NCBI RefSeq assembly: GCF_004010195.1
Contig: NC_057751.1
Coordinates: 9,615,611 to 9,679,310, forward strand
From: Chiloscyllium plagiosum
Lineage: Eukaryota
Length of the DNA: 63,700 nucleotides
Reading direction: 5' to 3'
The translations under genes were made by a program, and so were the position numbers. This document shows positions 33,655 through 47,900 of this stretch, one piece after another. The notes beneath the pieces were generated by a model. That model searched no databases and was not told the DNA's origin. It saw only the letters and a program-made list of their open reading frames with translations. Numbering within the stretch: position 1 is the stretch's first letter; each line of letters begins with the position of its first letter.

Positions 33655-36324
33655 ATTTCAGGACACATAATTTTCTTTTCTCCAACTTCACTTCACTTGA
33701 CTGTTCAAAGTTGTTCAGTGGAATTCTCAACCTCGAGCACTTCACTCCAACTTCTCATTGTCCTTCCAGCTCGGAGGCCTAAAGCTGTGATCATCTCAGC
33801 TACTAAAACATTGGTTTTATTTTCAGTGAATCAACTTGTTCAGACATGTTATGATGCATTTCTAGGATTGGTGAGACAAGAACCTGGGTATTCTGGCCCA
33901 GAGGTAGGGATACTACCACTGAGCCATAAGCCCCTGTGAATGTTTTTGTGCTGTTCAGAGGTGATGAGACCTTTTTTGAGTGAGTTGGAGTTGACTTCTC
34001 AACAGTGATCATACTTGTTAAAGAGGCAGTACCTTTTTAACTTCGGAAGGCTGTATTTGATCACTTGTGACGTTCAACATTTTATAGACTTCAAATCTTT
34101 TCGTGCTTTAAATAAACTACAATTATGTGCTTTTGTTATTATTGTTTTGAATACTTAATACTTCCAAAACAATTTGATTCTGAAACATGTCCATGTTCTT
34201 GTAAAAGGATTTGAAAATTTTTTGCCCACAATTGAATGACTATTGCAAGACGCCGCAGTCAAAAGGATACTGTCTCTGATTTCTTAGTCTGAAAGTGAGC
34301 TACTGCTTGTTTGCACCTTCGTATTAAACACTTGCATATTTACAACTTCACTTATGTAAAACAAGGAAATATCTGAACGAGGAATACTTAACACAGAGAA
34401 TAAGGGAGCCTTTGAGAAATCTTCTGAGTGAGGTAGGGAAATGTACAGTTCACATTATGAATTTGGCAGGCCTGTGAAGTGACCAACTGGGATTAGTTTT
34501 GTTTTAGTTTGTTCAGTTGTTTTGTTTGAAGTTTCTGTTCCCTGTCCCAATTATCATATGGGAAGAGGAGGAAAAAGCACTAAATCAGATCCCAAAGAAT
34601 ACTGTTATTAGCTTTTAGAATAAGGAGAACACAACAAATTTCGAGTGTGGATTTTTAAATATTGTTAAATTCTGCCTCATGACGTGGTTTGGCAAAATGT
34701 CACAATTGTTTAAATGCACGGAAGCAAAAATCTATCACAGGGAGCTTTTCAACGGGAGGATAGTTGATCACAGAAATCCCAGACTTGCCCATTGAGAGAC
34801 AATTGCATTCTTCACACTTAGAGTTTTCAAACATTGGCAAACATCAATTAAGGATTAGGTTAAATTGGGTATTTTTATGTTATACCAATTAAAAGCACAA
34901 AGCATATATTTTCCCCAGAGATATTGCACCCATCATCGCTAGTTAAATCATTGTTTTTAAAATCATCATTTGCATCTCTTCTGGGATACCTTAACTTTCG
35001 ACAAAAGATTTTTCTTTGGATCCACAAGGCAGTTGTGTTATAAGGCAAGGGAGCACTTTCACTTCCTTGAAATCTATCTCTCTTAGTTTGAGAGACAGGA
35101 TGACCTGCTTAACCAGAAATACAACAGCCCCACCTGTTGTTATTTTTCAGGCATGCCTTTGTGGTAAGTGATGTAAATTAAACAAGATTGTCAACCACAA
35201 ATACACACACGTGTTGCAGAATGATTCACACCCAGGCTGGCTAATTACTTGTGGACCTTCATTTGTCACTTAGTATAGTGTCTTACTAGCTTTGTATCTT
35301 GAACATGAATGCACTTTAAAATGATGGAAGTTGTGAAACTGGACTAAGAAGAACAATATTGGAAGTTAAATTGGATGCAACAAATAGCAAAATATCCTAC
35401 TTCTGGTCAAATCAAGATCATTCAGCATTCCCCTAACCAACTGTTACTTTTCTCAAGTAACAACCAGCTGTTGTGTAATTTGTAAATATCCCACCAATTT
35501 TACAGGAATCCACAATGTTATTCCCAACAATCTCAGAACAAGTGGGCTTAATCTTCTCCATTACAACCAGGTCTGACTGACAGCAATCAATAAAATGTAT
35601 AGAATTGGTGCCAAATCTTTTGCGTGCTGTTTGCTGAATCAATGCAGTAGGAATGAGTTGTTAGTAGTACATGTCTGTGCCACTAATGACTTTTAATAAA
35701 TATTGAATTACAAGCTGGATGAGTCACATTTTTGTAAATATCCCTATGTATGATCAACATCCAAAGCAATACTTAATTTGTTGCAGTAATTCACAAGCCT
35801 CTTTTCATAATTTAGCTTGTGATTTCCTAGCCCCATAACCATTTTCTGGTCCAGTTTGGCAAAATGATCTCTGTGTCTGTTCTGGCACATGTTTCATCTG
35901 CTGGTAGAAAGACATGTGTCTGCACACTTTAAGGAATTTGCAAATGTTGGCTTGGACATAAATTGGATACAAGAAACAGCCTCCATAAAATTTGTCAATT
36001 TGGTTTCTATTGTTAGTATGTGTTGATGATTATCAGGCACATTTTAAATCTTTTTAAAAAAAAATGAAACAGCTATTTCTCTGACAGAATTTGGGTTTTT
36101 TTCCAAAAATACTGAAGGGTCATGAAAGGAGTTCAAAAGAAAAGTCACCAGATTTGAAATATTAAAAATGCTTTCTTACCCCTAGTTGGTACCACACAAT
36201 GGAGGTGCTCGAGGTGTGTCCCTATATGGAATTGCAACCCATATAACACCAGTGGAAACAACAAAAGTAAATGGGAGCACACATCTGTAAACAAAAGCCC
36301 ATTTTTTCACACCTTCCTCAAGCA

Positions 36325-36590
36325 CAGAATCCCTATAAATGTGGAAACAGGCCCTTCAGTCCAACAAGTCCACACAGACCCATTCCCTTATTTTTCTACA
36401 TTTCCGCTGACTAATGCACCTAACACGACAGGCAATTTAGTATAGGCAATCCACCGAACCTGCATATCTTTGGATTATGGGAGGAAACGCACACAGACTC
36501 CACACAGACAATTGTCCAAGACTGGAATTGAACCTGGGTCAGTGGTGCTGTGAGGCTGCAGTGCTCACCACTGAACCACCGTGCCACCCC
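36325..36590 (-). mobile_element. HE1-type V-SINE with internal deletion
   Basis: gtggaaacaggcccttcagtccaacaagtccacac..ggaattgaacctgggtc..gcagtgctcaccactgaaccaccgtgcc. Confidence 0.8.
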
Positions 36591-37510
36591 TTTGAAGTGA
36601 AGCAGAAAGGAAAATTTAAATTGACTAAAATAACTTATCGATTCTTATTCAGATATGCGATCTCTGATGCCTGGGCCAAGTGGAATGCAAAATTTATTTG
36701 CTAAAGACAACCACTGTATCATAAAAAACAAATACCCAACTACATACTACGTAAGATGGACTATGATTGTACTTGAAGGACGTTAAATTACCAATTTATC
36801 GACAGCAATGTGAACACAATCAGGTCATTTAAAAGTTTTCCATTGGCTGGTAACAAAATGAAGAACTCATTGTTACTTTTCTTTCTCTTCTCTCCCTCTC
36901 TCTCCCCCTTCCCCACCCCATAATCAGAACAGGTCTTCCACACACCTCCATCCCCAAATCACCCACAATATATTTTCACCTATTATTCACCATCAATAAA
37001 TTATCCACGTTTTGCAAATGATTGTACATAAAGCCCGTTCAGGGCAATGTAGGCCAGCAAAGGTGATGGGGAAGGAGCTTCATGACCAGGGAAAAATGCG
37101 CTGGTTAAGTGCACATAACAGGTGTAGAAGGCCCAGATTTGAACTCGTGAACCTTTCTTCCAATCCATCGACCTGGCAAAATGCTTCAAAGACACAAGTT
37201 CATATTCCACCACTACAGCTTAGCATGTTGATTTTGTGAAATAAATTTAAACGAAAACAATCTTGATCAGAAGAAAGCATAATTAAACTACTGCATTATT
37301 ATGACTGCCTAAGTAATTCAATAATATCTTCAAGAAAAGGAAATACACTATCCTCCCACAGATTAGCTTACAAGATCCCAGAGTGGTTGTGAATGACTTC
37401 TCTCGAAAGCCACTTTAGTTGTTAATAAAGCAGTTCGAAACAATTATGATGGGCACCAAATACTGGTCTTGCCTGCAATGCCCCTACCTTGTCAACAAGT
37501 TAAAAAAATC

Positions 37511-37516
37511 TTTATT
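37511..37516 (-). terminator. Candidate NCAPH polyadenylation signal
   Basis: AATAAA on the minus strand about 325 nt past the stop codon, followed by a T-rich tract. Confidence 0.5.
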
Positions 37517-37840
37517 CCATTTTGTTTTACAAAAACAATGTCTAAAATATAAGTTTAAAATAGAAAAGAAAAATATCCATAGAAAAGTTCGCTCTGCAAT
37601 ATTCACAAGTGTATTAAATCATTTATCTTCAATGTAAAACCATAATTTCAATGCTGAAAACTTGTCCATTGATAGACTAAAAAGTTATTTATGCAAATGA
37701 AGGAGAAATTATGCCTCAGGAAAGCATCCATGGGGTCATGTAGCAGGCATGATCCAAGGTTCACTGTCTCAAGAAAAGATTTACAACTATGTACAGCTGA
37801 TCCAACCTCTGTTTTACATGTATGTACAGTCAGAATGTCT

Positions 37841-40800
37841 TCAGATTCCTTGCCTGATGATAACATCAGATAAATCTTCCTTTCCCTCGATTGCAAGATT
37901 CTGTAAGATAATAAAACATTGATTTAAACTTGCATGCCACCATACAACCCAAGTGTGATCCAGTTCTCTGCTGCACAAGAATCTTGATGCTATTGTCTGT
38001 TGTCAGCAGGTTACAAGGGCAAACCTTGCAACTTAACTTGTAACTCATGTTGTTCCTTCACTCATGCACCACTCAGTGAAATTGTGCCAGATACATACCT
38101 TTTCATTGGCTAAATGAAGCAAACAGGCAAATGCCATAGGAACAGACAGGTTCTTTGCCATTGTACTCGGTAATCTGTCAACACAAGAGAGTACAAATTA
38201 AACACAAGTCTGCATGGATATAATCAGAAGTGCAGTGACATTGGTATGATTGGATCAAGGTTCAGGACACATTTTTAATTTCACTAAGGCAGCTGGAGAA
38301 AATAAACTGCACAAACACATCTCTAATAAAAAAAAAGTCTCTGCAATGACTATAAAAATCTTTAATTGTACCACTCCATCTCATGCACAAATGTGTCATG
38401 AAAGAAAAGGAAATCTTTTGCTTCCTTCATCTAATCTCAACTCCATGTGACGGCAAACTTGTTCATCCTGGCCTTCTTTTTGAAATGGCCTCGTGAGGCA
38501 TTAAGTTTTAAAGCAGAGAAAAGTCAAGAGAGCAATTAAACTGAAGTGTTGACCTAAGCATTGGATTATTAAAAACAAGGCAGATCCTCCCAGATGACCC
38601 ACCAAAAGTATGGGAAGTTTCAGTTTCCATCATGAGGAAGAACAAGGGCAGTCATTGCAAGAAACACAGTCTGCAACTCAACCGCACTGCCCCCCCAAAA
38701 ATACCCAATGCTGGCAAAACTCAAAGTCTGGCAGCATCATTGGAGAAAGAAATGGACTAAATGTTTTGAGTTGACTGTCCTCAGTTCTGAAACTTGAATT
38801 CTATTTCAGATATTCTTCAGGTTGTGCTTTTAAAATTATCAATTGGACCATTTGTGACTCAGAACTGAAGGAGAAAAGATTGCATGGTTCAGGACTTGAA
38901 TGTAATTCTCTTTCAAGAACCAGTGTACATTCAGTCACATGCCTGGGATTTTTCTGTGCTGCAGTCATATATGGTTCTAATCAAGATTCAAAATGATCCT
39001 GGAGTGAATTGAGAAATGGCACATTTCCAACAGTTCACAAATCCATCCAAGGTAAAAGAAGCAAACCTTTCAAACAGATTCTTGGTGATGTTTGTGAAGC
39101 TTTGCTGTCCTTTCACCGTCATTACAGCGACTTGCAGCTCCTCAGTCACTCCATTCTGTTTAGTGAACAAGAGTCAACTTGTTTACGGTATCCTGCTCAA
39201 TCTCAAATTAAGCTGTAACATTTGAAGCCAACAAAGTACTGTATCCCAGAAGCAGCATCATTATTTCAACAGAGTTACAATTTACAGGTGTTGCCAAACA
39301 AGTCAGCAGGGAACACATCCCTACTGATGTGGCACCTGTGCAGTCATTAGTCAGACAAACAGAACTTGTACCCAGAGGAGGAAATCACAGTTGCAGAGTC
39401 TCCAGATCTAAACACTGAGAACCTTGAACCAGATAGGTGCAGGGGTGTCAGGTCAGGAAACCAAAGGGAGGCTGCTGTGTTTGTGAGAGTTTTGTTAGAT
39501 GGGACAGAATGTGTTTGGCGGATTAGAAAGGTGTATGGTAAGCATGAACAATCTCCCATGAGAGAGGAGCATTCCAACACATCATCTTTTCCTCAGGGAA
39601 CCCAAGCAGGCTAATTTGCGACTTTTGTTCCTGCACTAGAATCTCAACCAGACTTCAAAATGGCACTTTAGTGGAAAGCAACCCTTTAGTGGCCATTTCA
39701 GGGCCTCAACTGGGCAAGCCACTCTTGGCCTTGCACACTCGCTCATCACCTGTTGCCAAGTTAAATTTCTGACAGGTCAGGAGAGGTGAGTAGATGATGA
39801 AAAGGACACCAGATATTTTAGGAGTATCTTAAGTTGGCCTTGAACCCACAACTAATGAATACTAATAATAGGGGCATATTTTAAAATATCCTTCAATCCA
39901 TTGGGTGAGTTCATTGCAACTGACCAAGGATGCCCTGAAAGAAGCCATTTATTAATCCTCTTGAGTACACTCCTCACTTTTCCTTCCGTGATATTTTTGT
40001 TTTCAGTCAGGAGATCCCACATGTTCTGTTTCAGTCTTTTCACATCCATCTTTTTTGCTGTCTTTGAATAATTCAATAGGATTTTGTTGACCTGAAAATG
40101 AGTGTAATTTTCAGTTAGAATTTCAAAATTGCAAGATCCACCACATAATAAGGTGGAAAAAGCCATTGGCCTGAAGATCATGTAAACTGTCACTTTGTTG
40201 TTATGTAAAACTCTTTCCTGTCACAAACCTTGCAAAAAACTCTTTCCTGTCAAGTAAATATATGCCAGTTCTGCCAAAAACTTATCAATGGTTAATCCTT
40301 CACTACTTAGTACGAGCACACTCTGTGAAATGACATGAAGTGGATTGGCAGCAGCAAACCTCCCCAAGTAAAATCCTGTGACGATACTGTGCATTAAAGA
40401 GAGATTTGGTCTGTGTTGTTTCTCTTCGAGAGGTGTTGTCACAGTGCTGGAATGTCTGCTTTCGAAGCAGTGGGTAATCAGTTTTGAGGTCCCTGAAATT
40501 ATTTTAAAAATTTAGATGAAAGAAGCATGAGTGGATGGAGTCAGGCTCACACAAATCCAGGATTTTTGTATTGCTTTCTTTGGGGTTTGGAGTTGGCATT
40601 TGAAGCTAATAGATACAGCCCTCTCTGCTGTGAGATTGTTTGTTCCTTTCTCCTGGACCATAAAGGATATGGCACATCAAGAAAATCTATTTTGCTGAAT
40701 TTGCCTTGCCAAGAGTGTTTTTATGGGATGCTGCTATATTGGAACAGTTGGTGATTAGTAGTTGACATATCATTTTATTCAGTATTTCATTAGAGGTGAA

Positions 40801-41898
40801 GTTATGACAATTTTTTTGTTTGTAATATTAACTGTGGTGTAAGAGTAAATTGTATTTTGCTTAAAGTCACATAGTGGACCAATCAAATCATATCTGGAAC
40901 ACAGCACGTGCCACTTGCTTTTAAATAAAATAACATGTTAGGGTCGAGGCTATCTCCTTGATATACTTTTGAAGAGTTTGGTCTGGTCCATAACAGGCCT
41001 GGCAGAACCAGGTGCCAGCTGCAAACAATTCTTCCAACCGTTAACAGTTGTGAGCCATCAACAAGAACTTTTGTCACTGTCACTAATATCCCACTGTAAA
41101 GGCTGCTGAAGCCTCAAGAACTCTGCTGAAATACAAAATAGCTCATCCCTACCCCAGCCTGAAATACACAGCAAAATAACTTGAGAGTCTTGATTATAGG
41201 TTCTAAACCACTCACTTTCTGAGGCTCTGCCACTAAGTTTTCTCCTCCGTAGGTTGTGATGTTTAACCCCTTTCCATCCAGTTCCAAACCATTCTCATCT
41301 TGCTCCAATGCAGCATCAAAGGAATCATTTGCAGCCACAAACCCATCATGATCATCATCACTATCAGGCTGTACAAAAAAATAAGAAAAGGTAATCATGC
41401 AAAATAAAGGACGAGTTGACCAAAATTCTTCACAAGGAGCATGAGCAATAAACACAGACCTGTGTTCTAGGGCAGAAGTTTGATGTGTCGTTGGGATTAT
41501 TGTAATCATAATCCGCAATTCCATCATCTTGATCCGTGCAAATATTTTCTTTCACAATCCGCTTTACCTGAAAATAATTTCGATAAAATCTTTCAAAAAG
41601 TGATGAAATCAAGGGAAGTCAACAATCAAAATTGGGACCCTTACTCAGAATTTGACCCTAGGATCTCAGCATCAATTTACATTTTTGGTCTTGAGAGGTT
41701 TGCTATCCATCAGTTATTGATGGTCTTCCCTCAGTTCAAGAAGAACCCTCTCTTATCAATCACTGTCAAACTGGTGAAGTAAAGGGACTTCTTCAATGGT
41801 TTAGCTAAGAGAAAGCAGAACTATTACATTCCATGCACGTCATGCTGAATCAAACCTGCAAGCACTTAATGGAGCAGTGTAAAGAAAGCTTCAGACAG

Positions 41899-41932
<34 letters not shown>

Positions 41933-44900
41933 ATGTCATCCTTTTCACTCTTGGAATATTTTACCTCGCCAAAACCCTGGCAACTTCTGCCCTCACTTCT
42001 TTCTGCCACTAAACAGCATGAGACAATCATTCTTTCAGGTTCCACTCCAGTAAAACTGTGGGCTTGTTCAGAGAGGTACAGCTTATAAAGATAGGTGATC
42101 ATGTGGGCAATTTTAAAACGGAGCCTAACTCCAATTAGTAACATCTTTTTGAAAACCTTTAAGGTGCATCAACTCATCCATTAATATAGTGTAATATAGC
42201 AGATTTTTTTGACTTGAATCATGTTTCATCAGTTTTCATTATTGGAAAATGTGCTCTAGTTACCGTGACACTAGGTTTAAGAAACAACCGGGTAATATTG
42301 TCTGGATCATAATGGAAATCTGTAGGTAGCGTTGTCAGCTTTCTACTGCGTCGATCTAATGCAGCTTTTGAAATTGTTGTGGCAGCCTGGAAAAAATATC
42401 AAAACAGTAATCATTTGGACACAGGACATCTTGTCTATCCAATACATCAAATGAGTTATAGCCAAAACAGTGAAAATACCTCATGCAAGGATTCTCTCTC
42501 CGTTCCATGAGACAAACCACAGCCCAGGAAATACACTGAATGTTTGTACACGTGTGCTGATATGTAGCAATGAGGCATAATTGGAGACAGTTTGTCTTGG
42601 ATGTACCTCTCTCCATCGCCTCTTATGTCCCTTCACCATGTGTGACTCATTTGTGAAAATGCATTATTCGCTTCAGGTGATTGCACTATTGCACATGCAT
42701 GTATATTAATGACCTGTAGTTTTAATGCAGCATATTAACAATTTCTGTTCAGGAATTGAGAGGGAATGCTAACCATTGCCATATCTCTCATATATAATGC
42801 AATACCACTGCCAGTGTTGCAAAGTAGTCGTCAATATTTCTGTCATTTCTCAATATTATACCTCTCAAACATTCTTACAACATCTATCAATTCTGTTCTT
42901 GGATTCTATCAACTATTTTTAAAAGCCAGAGTCATCATGTCACAAAAGACAACCATTCAGCCAGTGTCGCTGCTTGGTCTTTACAAAGAATGCTGACAGT
43001 CACATTCACAGTTGTGTTCCAACAGCCCTACTCTTCATTAAACCATGTCCAGTAAATCACAAGTCTGGAACTTAGAAACATCCTTAGACGTTGCTTCCCC
43101 CGAAACATTTGTAAAGTTAAGCTTTATTACTGGTTTCCTGATTTCGATTTAAACTGGATCGGTAAATTTAAGTAAAAAATTATTGTCCCCTGTTCTAAAT
43201 GCTTTAATCTTGTTATACTAACCCTGGTCTCTCTGAATTGAATCTCAAAATTGATATCTTCATTGAAGTCAATTTCAAATATTTTCTTAGCTTGCTTTTT
43301 CTTATTTTGATTAGCAATTGGTTCTGCCAGAAACAAAAAAAGACAAATTATTGAAGGTGCATTGAATAACTTAACATTGATTCAACAAGTGCAGATCATA
43401 TTTTTAACACCAGTGCTATTTTGCATACAGTACTCAGTTACATCTTGTGCATGCATTAACTTCAGCCAATTTAGGAGTAGTTAGTTTAGAAGCTTCATTA
43501 AATCAATGGACTTTTTGTGCATTATGGAATTAAATTTTCCAATAAAAATGAATATATTGAAGAGTGACACAGAAATCAACCACTGAATTCTTTAACCTTC
43601 CCCATCATTTGCTAAGTGTCGGGCTGATCCAATTACTGAAAAAAGATTAGGGAATTAATTTCAAATATTTATTTAACCACAGTGAAACAAAAATGCTTAA
43701 ACTTCAGCATCTCTGGCAAGGAATTCAGCCATGTACATCAACTACACCCACCTTTTTGTTGAGGTCTGAAACGCCAGTGATTAGGACCTGCCCACATCTT
43801 CATGATTCTGGGGCTGAAGTAGGAATATTCCCCTGGGTGATTTGACAGCTGGACACAGAGGCTGTTGAAATCCACATCTGACAGAGGAATGGTTTCTTTA
43901 CTATGAAAGAGATTAAGTATGTTAATCAACTATTTTCAACTCAGACCAAAAGACGTTTGGTCCCAAGTGGTACTGCTCCTACTCAGATCTCAAAATAACA
44001 TGGATTAGCTCTTTCAGCGACCCTGTTAGTTTTCCTTCAAGAGTTTACTCAATTTATATACAATAAATTTTGATATGTACTGCTTGTGCTTTACTAATTG
44101 CTGTGACTGATCAATGTTTCTCGAGCTTACAAATCACCCTTCTTACCAGCCTTGACCATTTGCTATGATGGAGGATTCTTGCTGGTTCTCAAAATCCTGG
44201 TGCATCAGATCTCCAGCATCATCACAAAGATCTCCATCAAAGTCATCCACCACAGGGTCATGGCTTCCCAGCTGACCATGCGCAAATTCTGGCTCTGCAT
44301 TCATATCGAATAAGTGGTCACTTTTCTTGAATTTTTCCATTATTAAAGAAACAGCCTGAGGAGGAGAAGAAGAAATTGCGTACTTTTGGCTGTGCACTTA
44401 CTCACAAGAATATCAATCGACTCTATATAGTTGATTATGATCAACCTTAATGATTTGGAGTTCAAAATAAACACAGCAGTACACCACCTGCAGCATGAAA
44501 CAAAAACAACCTGCAAGCTAAGGAATGTGCACACACAAAGTTTAGCCATTTTATTTTGCTGAAAACATTGAAGGCATTGTCACTGTTTAATCAGTGATGG
44601 ACTTCTCCTGTACCTGATTATGAGCCTCACTGTCCCAATTTGTAAACTGAAAATCTTCTAATGAAGGACAGATCTTCTTGTCATCCAAAGACTGCTGAAG
44701 GCCTGTTAGAAGTTAATGCAAACAAGAAATAAATTGAGAACGATGTATAGTTAAGCACAATAGACACAATGCTGAGGGGCCAGCATTAAAGCTGACGTAA
44801 TAAACATCAAAACATAGTCATAATTGTTGAGATCATACAAAAGGACAAAGCCAGTAAATTATTGTAACTGGATTTATTCTAGTGCCGTTTACTCAGCTGA

Positions 44901-47900
44901 TCTCATAATGTCTCCTGTAAAATTAGTGACAATGCACCTGAACCAACTCTGTGGCACATGTTGCAAGGTGATATGCACCAAGCTGCGCAGGACTGCAATG
45001 AGTTGCATTTCAGCATGAAGCTGAAGCCAGATTGTTCCAACACAAAGCAAGGTTCTCAGTGTAAACGATGGCAACTGCAAGCTAAAACAAAAGGGATGCT
45101 TTTGAGGAACAAGTCAAGTATAAACCGAACTGGCCCTCTTGGAATTGATAACCGATTCACATGTCTTGGCCAGGTCCCTGCAGGAAGAATGCCACTTGGA
45201 ATGAATGTCACAAGATCTTTTAAAATATGGGCTGTATGCCAGATCAGGAAAGCAAAAATGAAGAGAATAAGATCATCTGTTGACAAAGGTTATCAACAGA
45301 GAGATGCATAATGACCGTCCAATAGGCACCAAAACTTTCAGGGCAAAAGTGAGTACTGCAGATTAGAGCCAAGAGTGTGGTGTTGAAAAAGCACAGCAAG
45401 TCAGGCAGCATCAAGGAGCAGGAAAATCGATGTTTCGGGCAAAAGCCCTTCCTGATAAACATAAACTTTCCTGCACCGCGGGTGCTGTCTGACCTCCTGT
45501 GCATTAGCAACACTTAAAAGTTCACTTCATTTTATTAGTCACATTGACAATCACAGTCTACCAACTAAACAAAGTGCCATGAAGAAAACAAATACTTTTG
45601 CTGTTCTACTTCGAAGCAGCAGTGTGACTATTGTGACAATGATGAGAGAATACAACCACACACAATGGATCTCCCTTCAGTGAGGAGGAGAAAAAGATAT
45701 GGAAATGAATAGTTTGTGACACCAAACTTATGGTCACAGAAATGTTACCATGCCATATCATTTTTTAAAAAACTTGCCTCCAAGGTCAGATATCTCCACT
45801 TGGTCAATGGGCAGCAACTCTGGTGGAGGACCAGTATCGATAAGTTTGGCATCGGAATCAAATAGCAGCTCAGCAGTGTGTCCATAGGTCTGCAGATTAA
45901 CCATGAAAACCCCCACCGCACTGCATTCATCAAACAATGAAGCAGCCTTCTGGAACATTGGATCAATCTGCAAAATACAAGGTGTTCATTAAACTTAATT
46001 GGCATTTCGATTTTTTATTTGACTTCTTTAGACAAAGATGTTTTTGTCTTCTTTTCTTCATTTATATTTTACTAAAATATTAGAAAATGCAAGTTGCTTT
46101 TCATTCTTCACCTCATCAAGGTCATAAAGAAAATTTATCCATTTTTAATATAATTCGGACTCAAATGATTTCATGGACCGTGGACCACAGAATTCAGTAA
46201 AACAATACAAGACAAGGAAATGAACCTATTCAATTTCTTGATACATAATATTACAGCTCAAAGTTAATGCAAATATATGAAAGCATGCTTTCTGTTCCAG
46301 ATTAACGTTCAGGTGATATTTGTGACATGGTTCAATGTTTGGAGTCAAATTAGACAGGGTTCAGCATAGTCAAAATTCCATTGGGCAGCCTGTTGACCCT
46401 TTCCACTTAAAGCAATTCCTTAATGAATCAGAGAGATTTGTGGGATCTGTTGAATGTCTTGGCCACCTACATTAAAAAACAAATTAATCTCACCTCAAAC
46501 TTCATGTCACTGACTCCATACGTGATGTTGCTCAAGTTCTGCTCAATGGTTTTGTAAGAGTGCTTCCTTTTGTTTTGCTTCTGAGGGCCTTTTGAATTTT
46601 GGCCTTCAGAAGACTCAGGGTTTACCTCTATACACAGAAAAAGCAGAAACATAAAAAGCTAGAATGCACAGATGGATGATATCATTTACATCAAGGAAGC
46701 CTGAACACTTCCCAATTCTCTAATCTAAACATATTCTTTTATATCTTGAAACGGGGCTTAAAAGAAACCGTATTTCTCAATAAGATAGGATTGGTCTCTC
46801 ATTTTCTCACGATTGCACAAATGATATCATGATGGAACAAAATTTTAATGAATACTAAAGCTACGTTTTCCTTTCAAAATAGGTTCAAGATGTACATTTG
46901 TCCTTACTCACCAGTTCCTGGCTCTTCAGTGTTTTTTCCAAGGCCCCCCAGGATTCTGAACACATCCGAATGTACTGCATCCACTCTCACAGCATAGATC
47001 TTCGTACTGGCATCCAAGGTGCCAGCTGCCATCTTCGATCAATAGTCAATACACCAGGTTAATAAATTGGTCTCATACACGCAGGTTACAAATTAAATTA
47101 TTCAAAGTATATTTGCTGTTCACAATGTCCTCTGCTTTGTATTGGAGATCCAATGTAGACTGGATGAACCCATTTGTAGTACCTCCATGCAGAGACCACC
47201 ACCATCACCTGTCCTCGCCTCCCACTACCCCATCCACCAACAGACAGCTTCATGTTCCATGTAATTTTAATTCTGTACCTTGATACTACTCTGCCTTTTT
47301 GACTGATGATAAATTACTGTGCTCCTTTGAACCTGAGCCTAAGTTGAAAGAACACCATGTCATTTTTCGTCCTAGCATGAAACATCCTTCTCGACTCAAT
47401 ATTGAGTTCAGGAGGATCCAAGATCTCATAGAAAAGACATTCAAGGGAGCAAGGATCATAACATGACAGAATTCCACATTTAGTTTGGAGAAGACAAGAG
47501 TGGATTTCAACTGACACAAAGGCAACAGAGAGCATGAAAGCCAAGTTCACTACAGTGATCAACAAATGAAGTTAAGGGATGAGTCAATTGAGTGCAGTGG
47601 CAAACATTTAAAGGATTTTCCAAAATATGAAAAAAAAATGTTCCAGTGCCAAAATTAAGTTCAAAGCCAAGGATAAGGAGAAAGGTTAAAGATACTAACA
47701 AACTTCAAGAAAAAGCATATAATTGTGCAAAAAGAGGAGACAGGTCAGAGGATTGAACTATTTTTACATTCTGTCCAAAGTTTTAAAAAAATTAATAAGC
47801 ACAGAAAGATTATCTGCAAGATAAGGCCAGCAAGTTATACAGGAACACAAGGCAAAAGTTTAAGAGAATCAAGTTCAACATCCACACTGGAATACAAATA

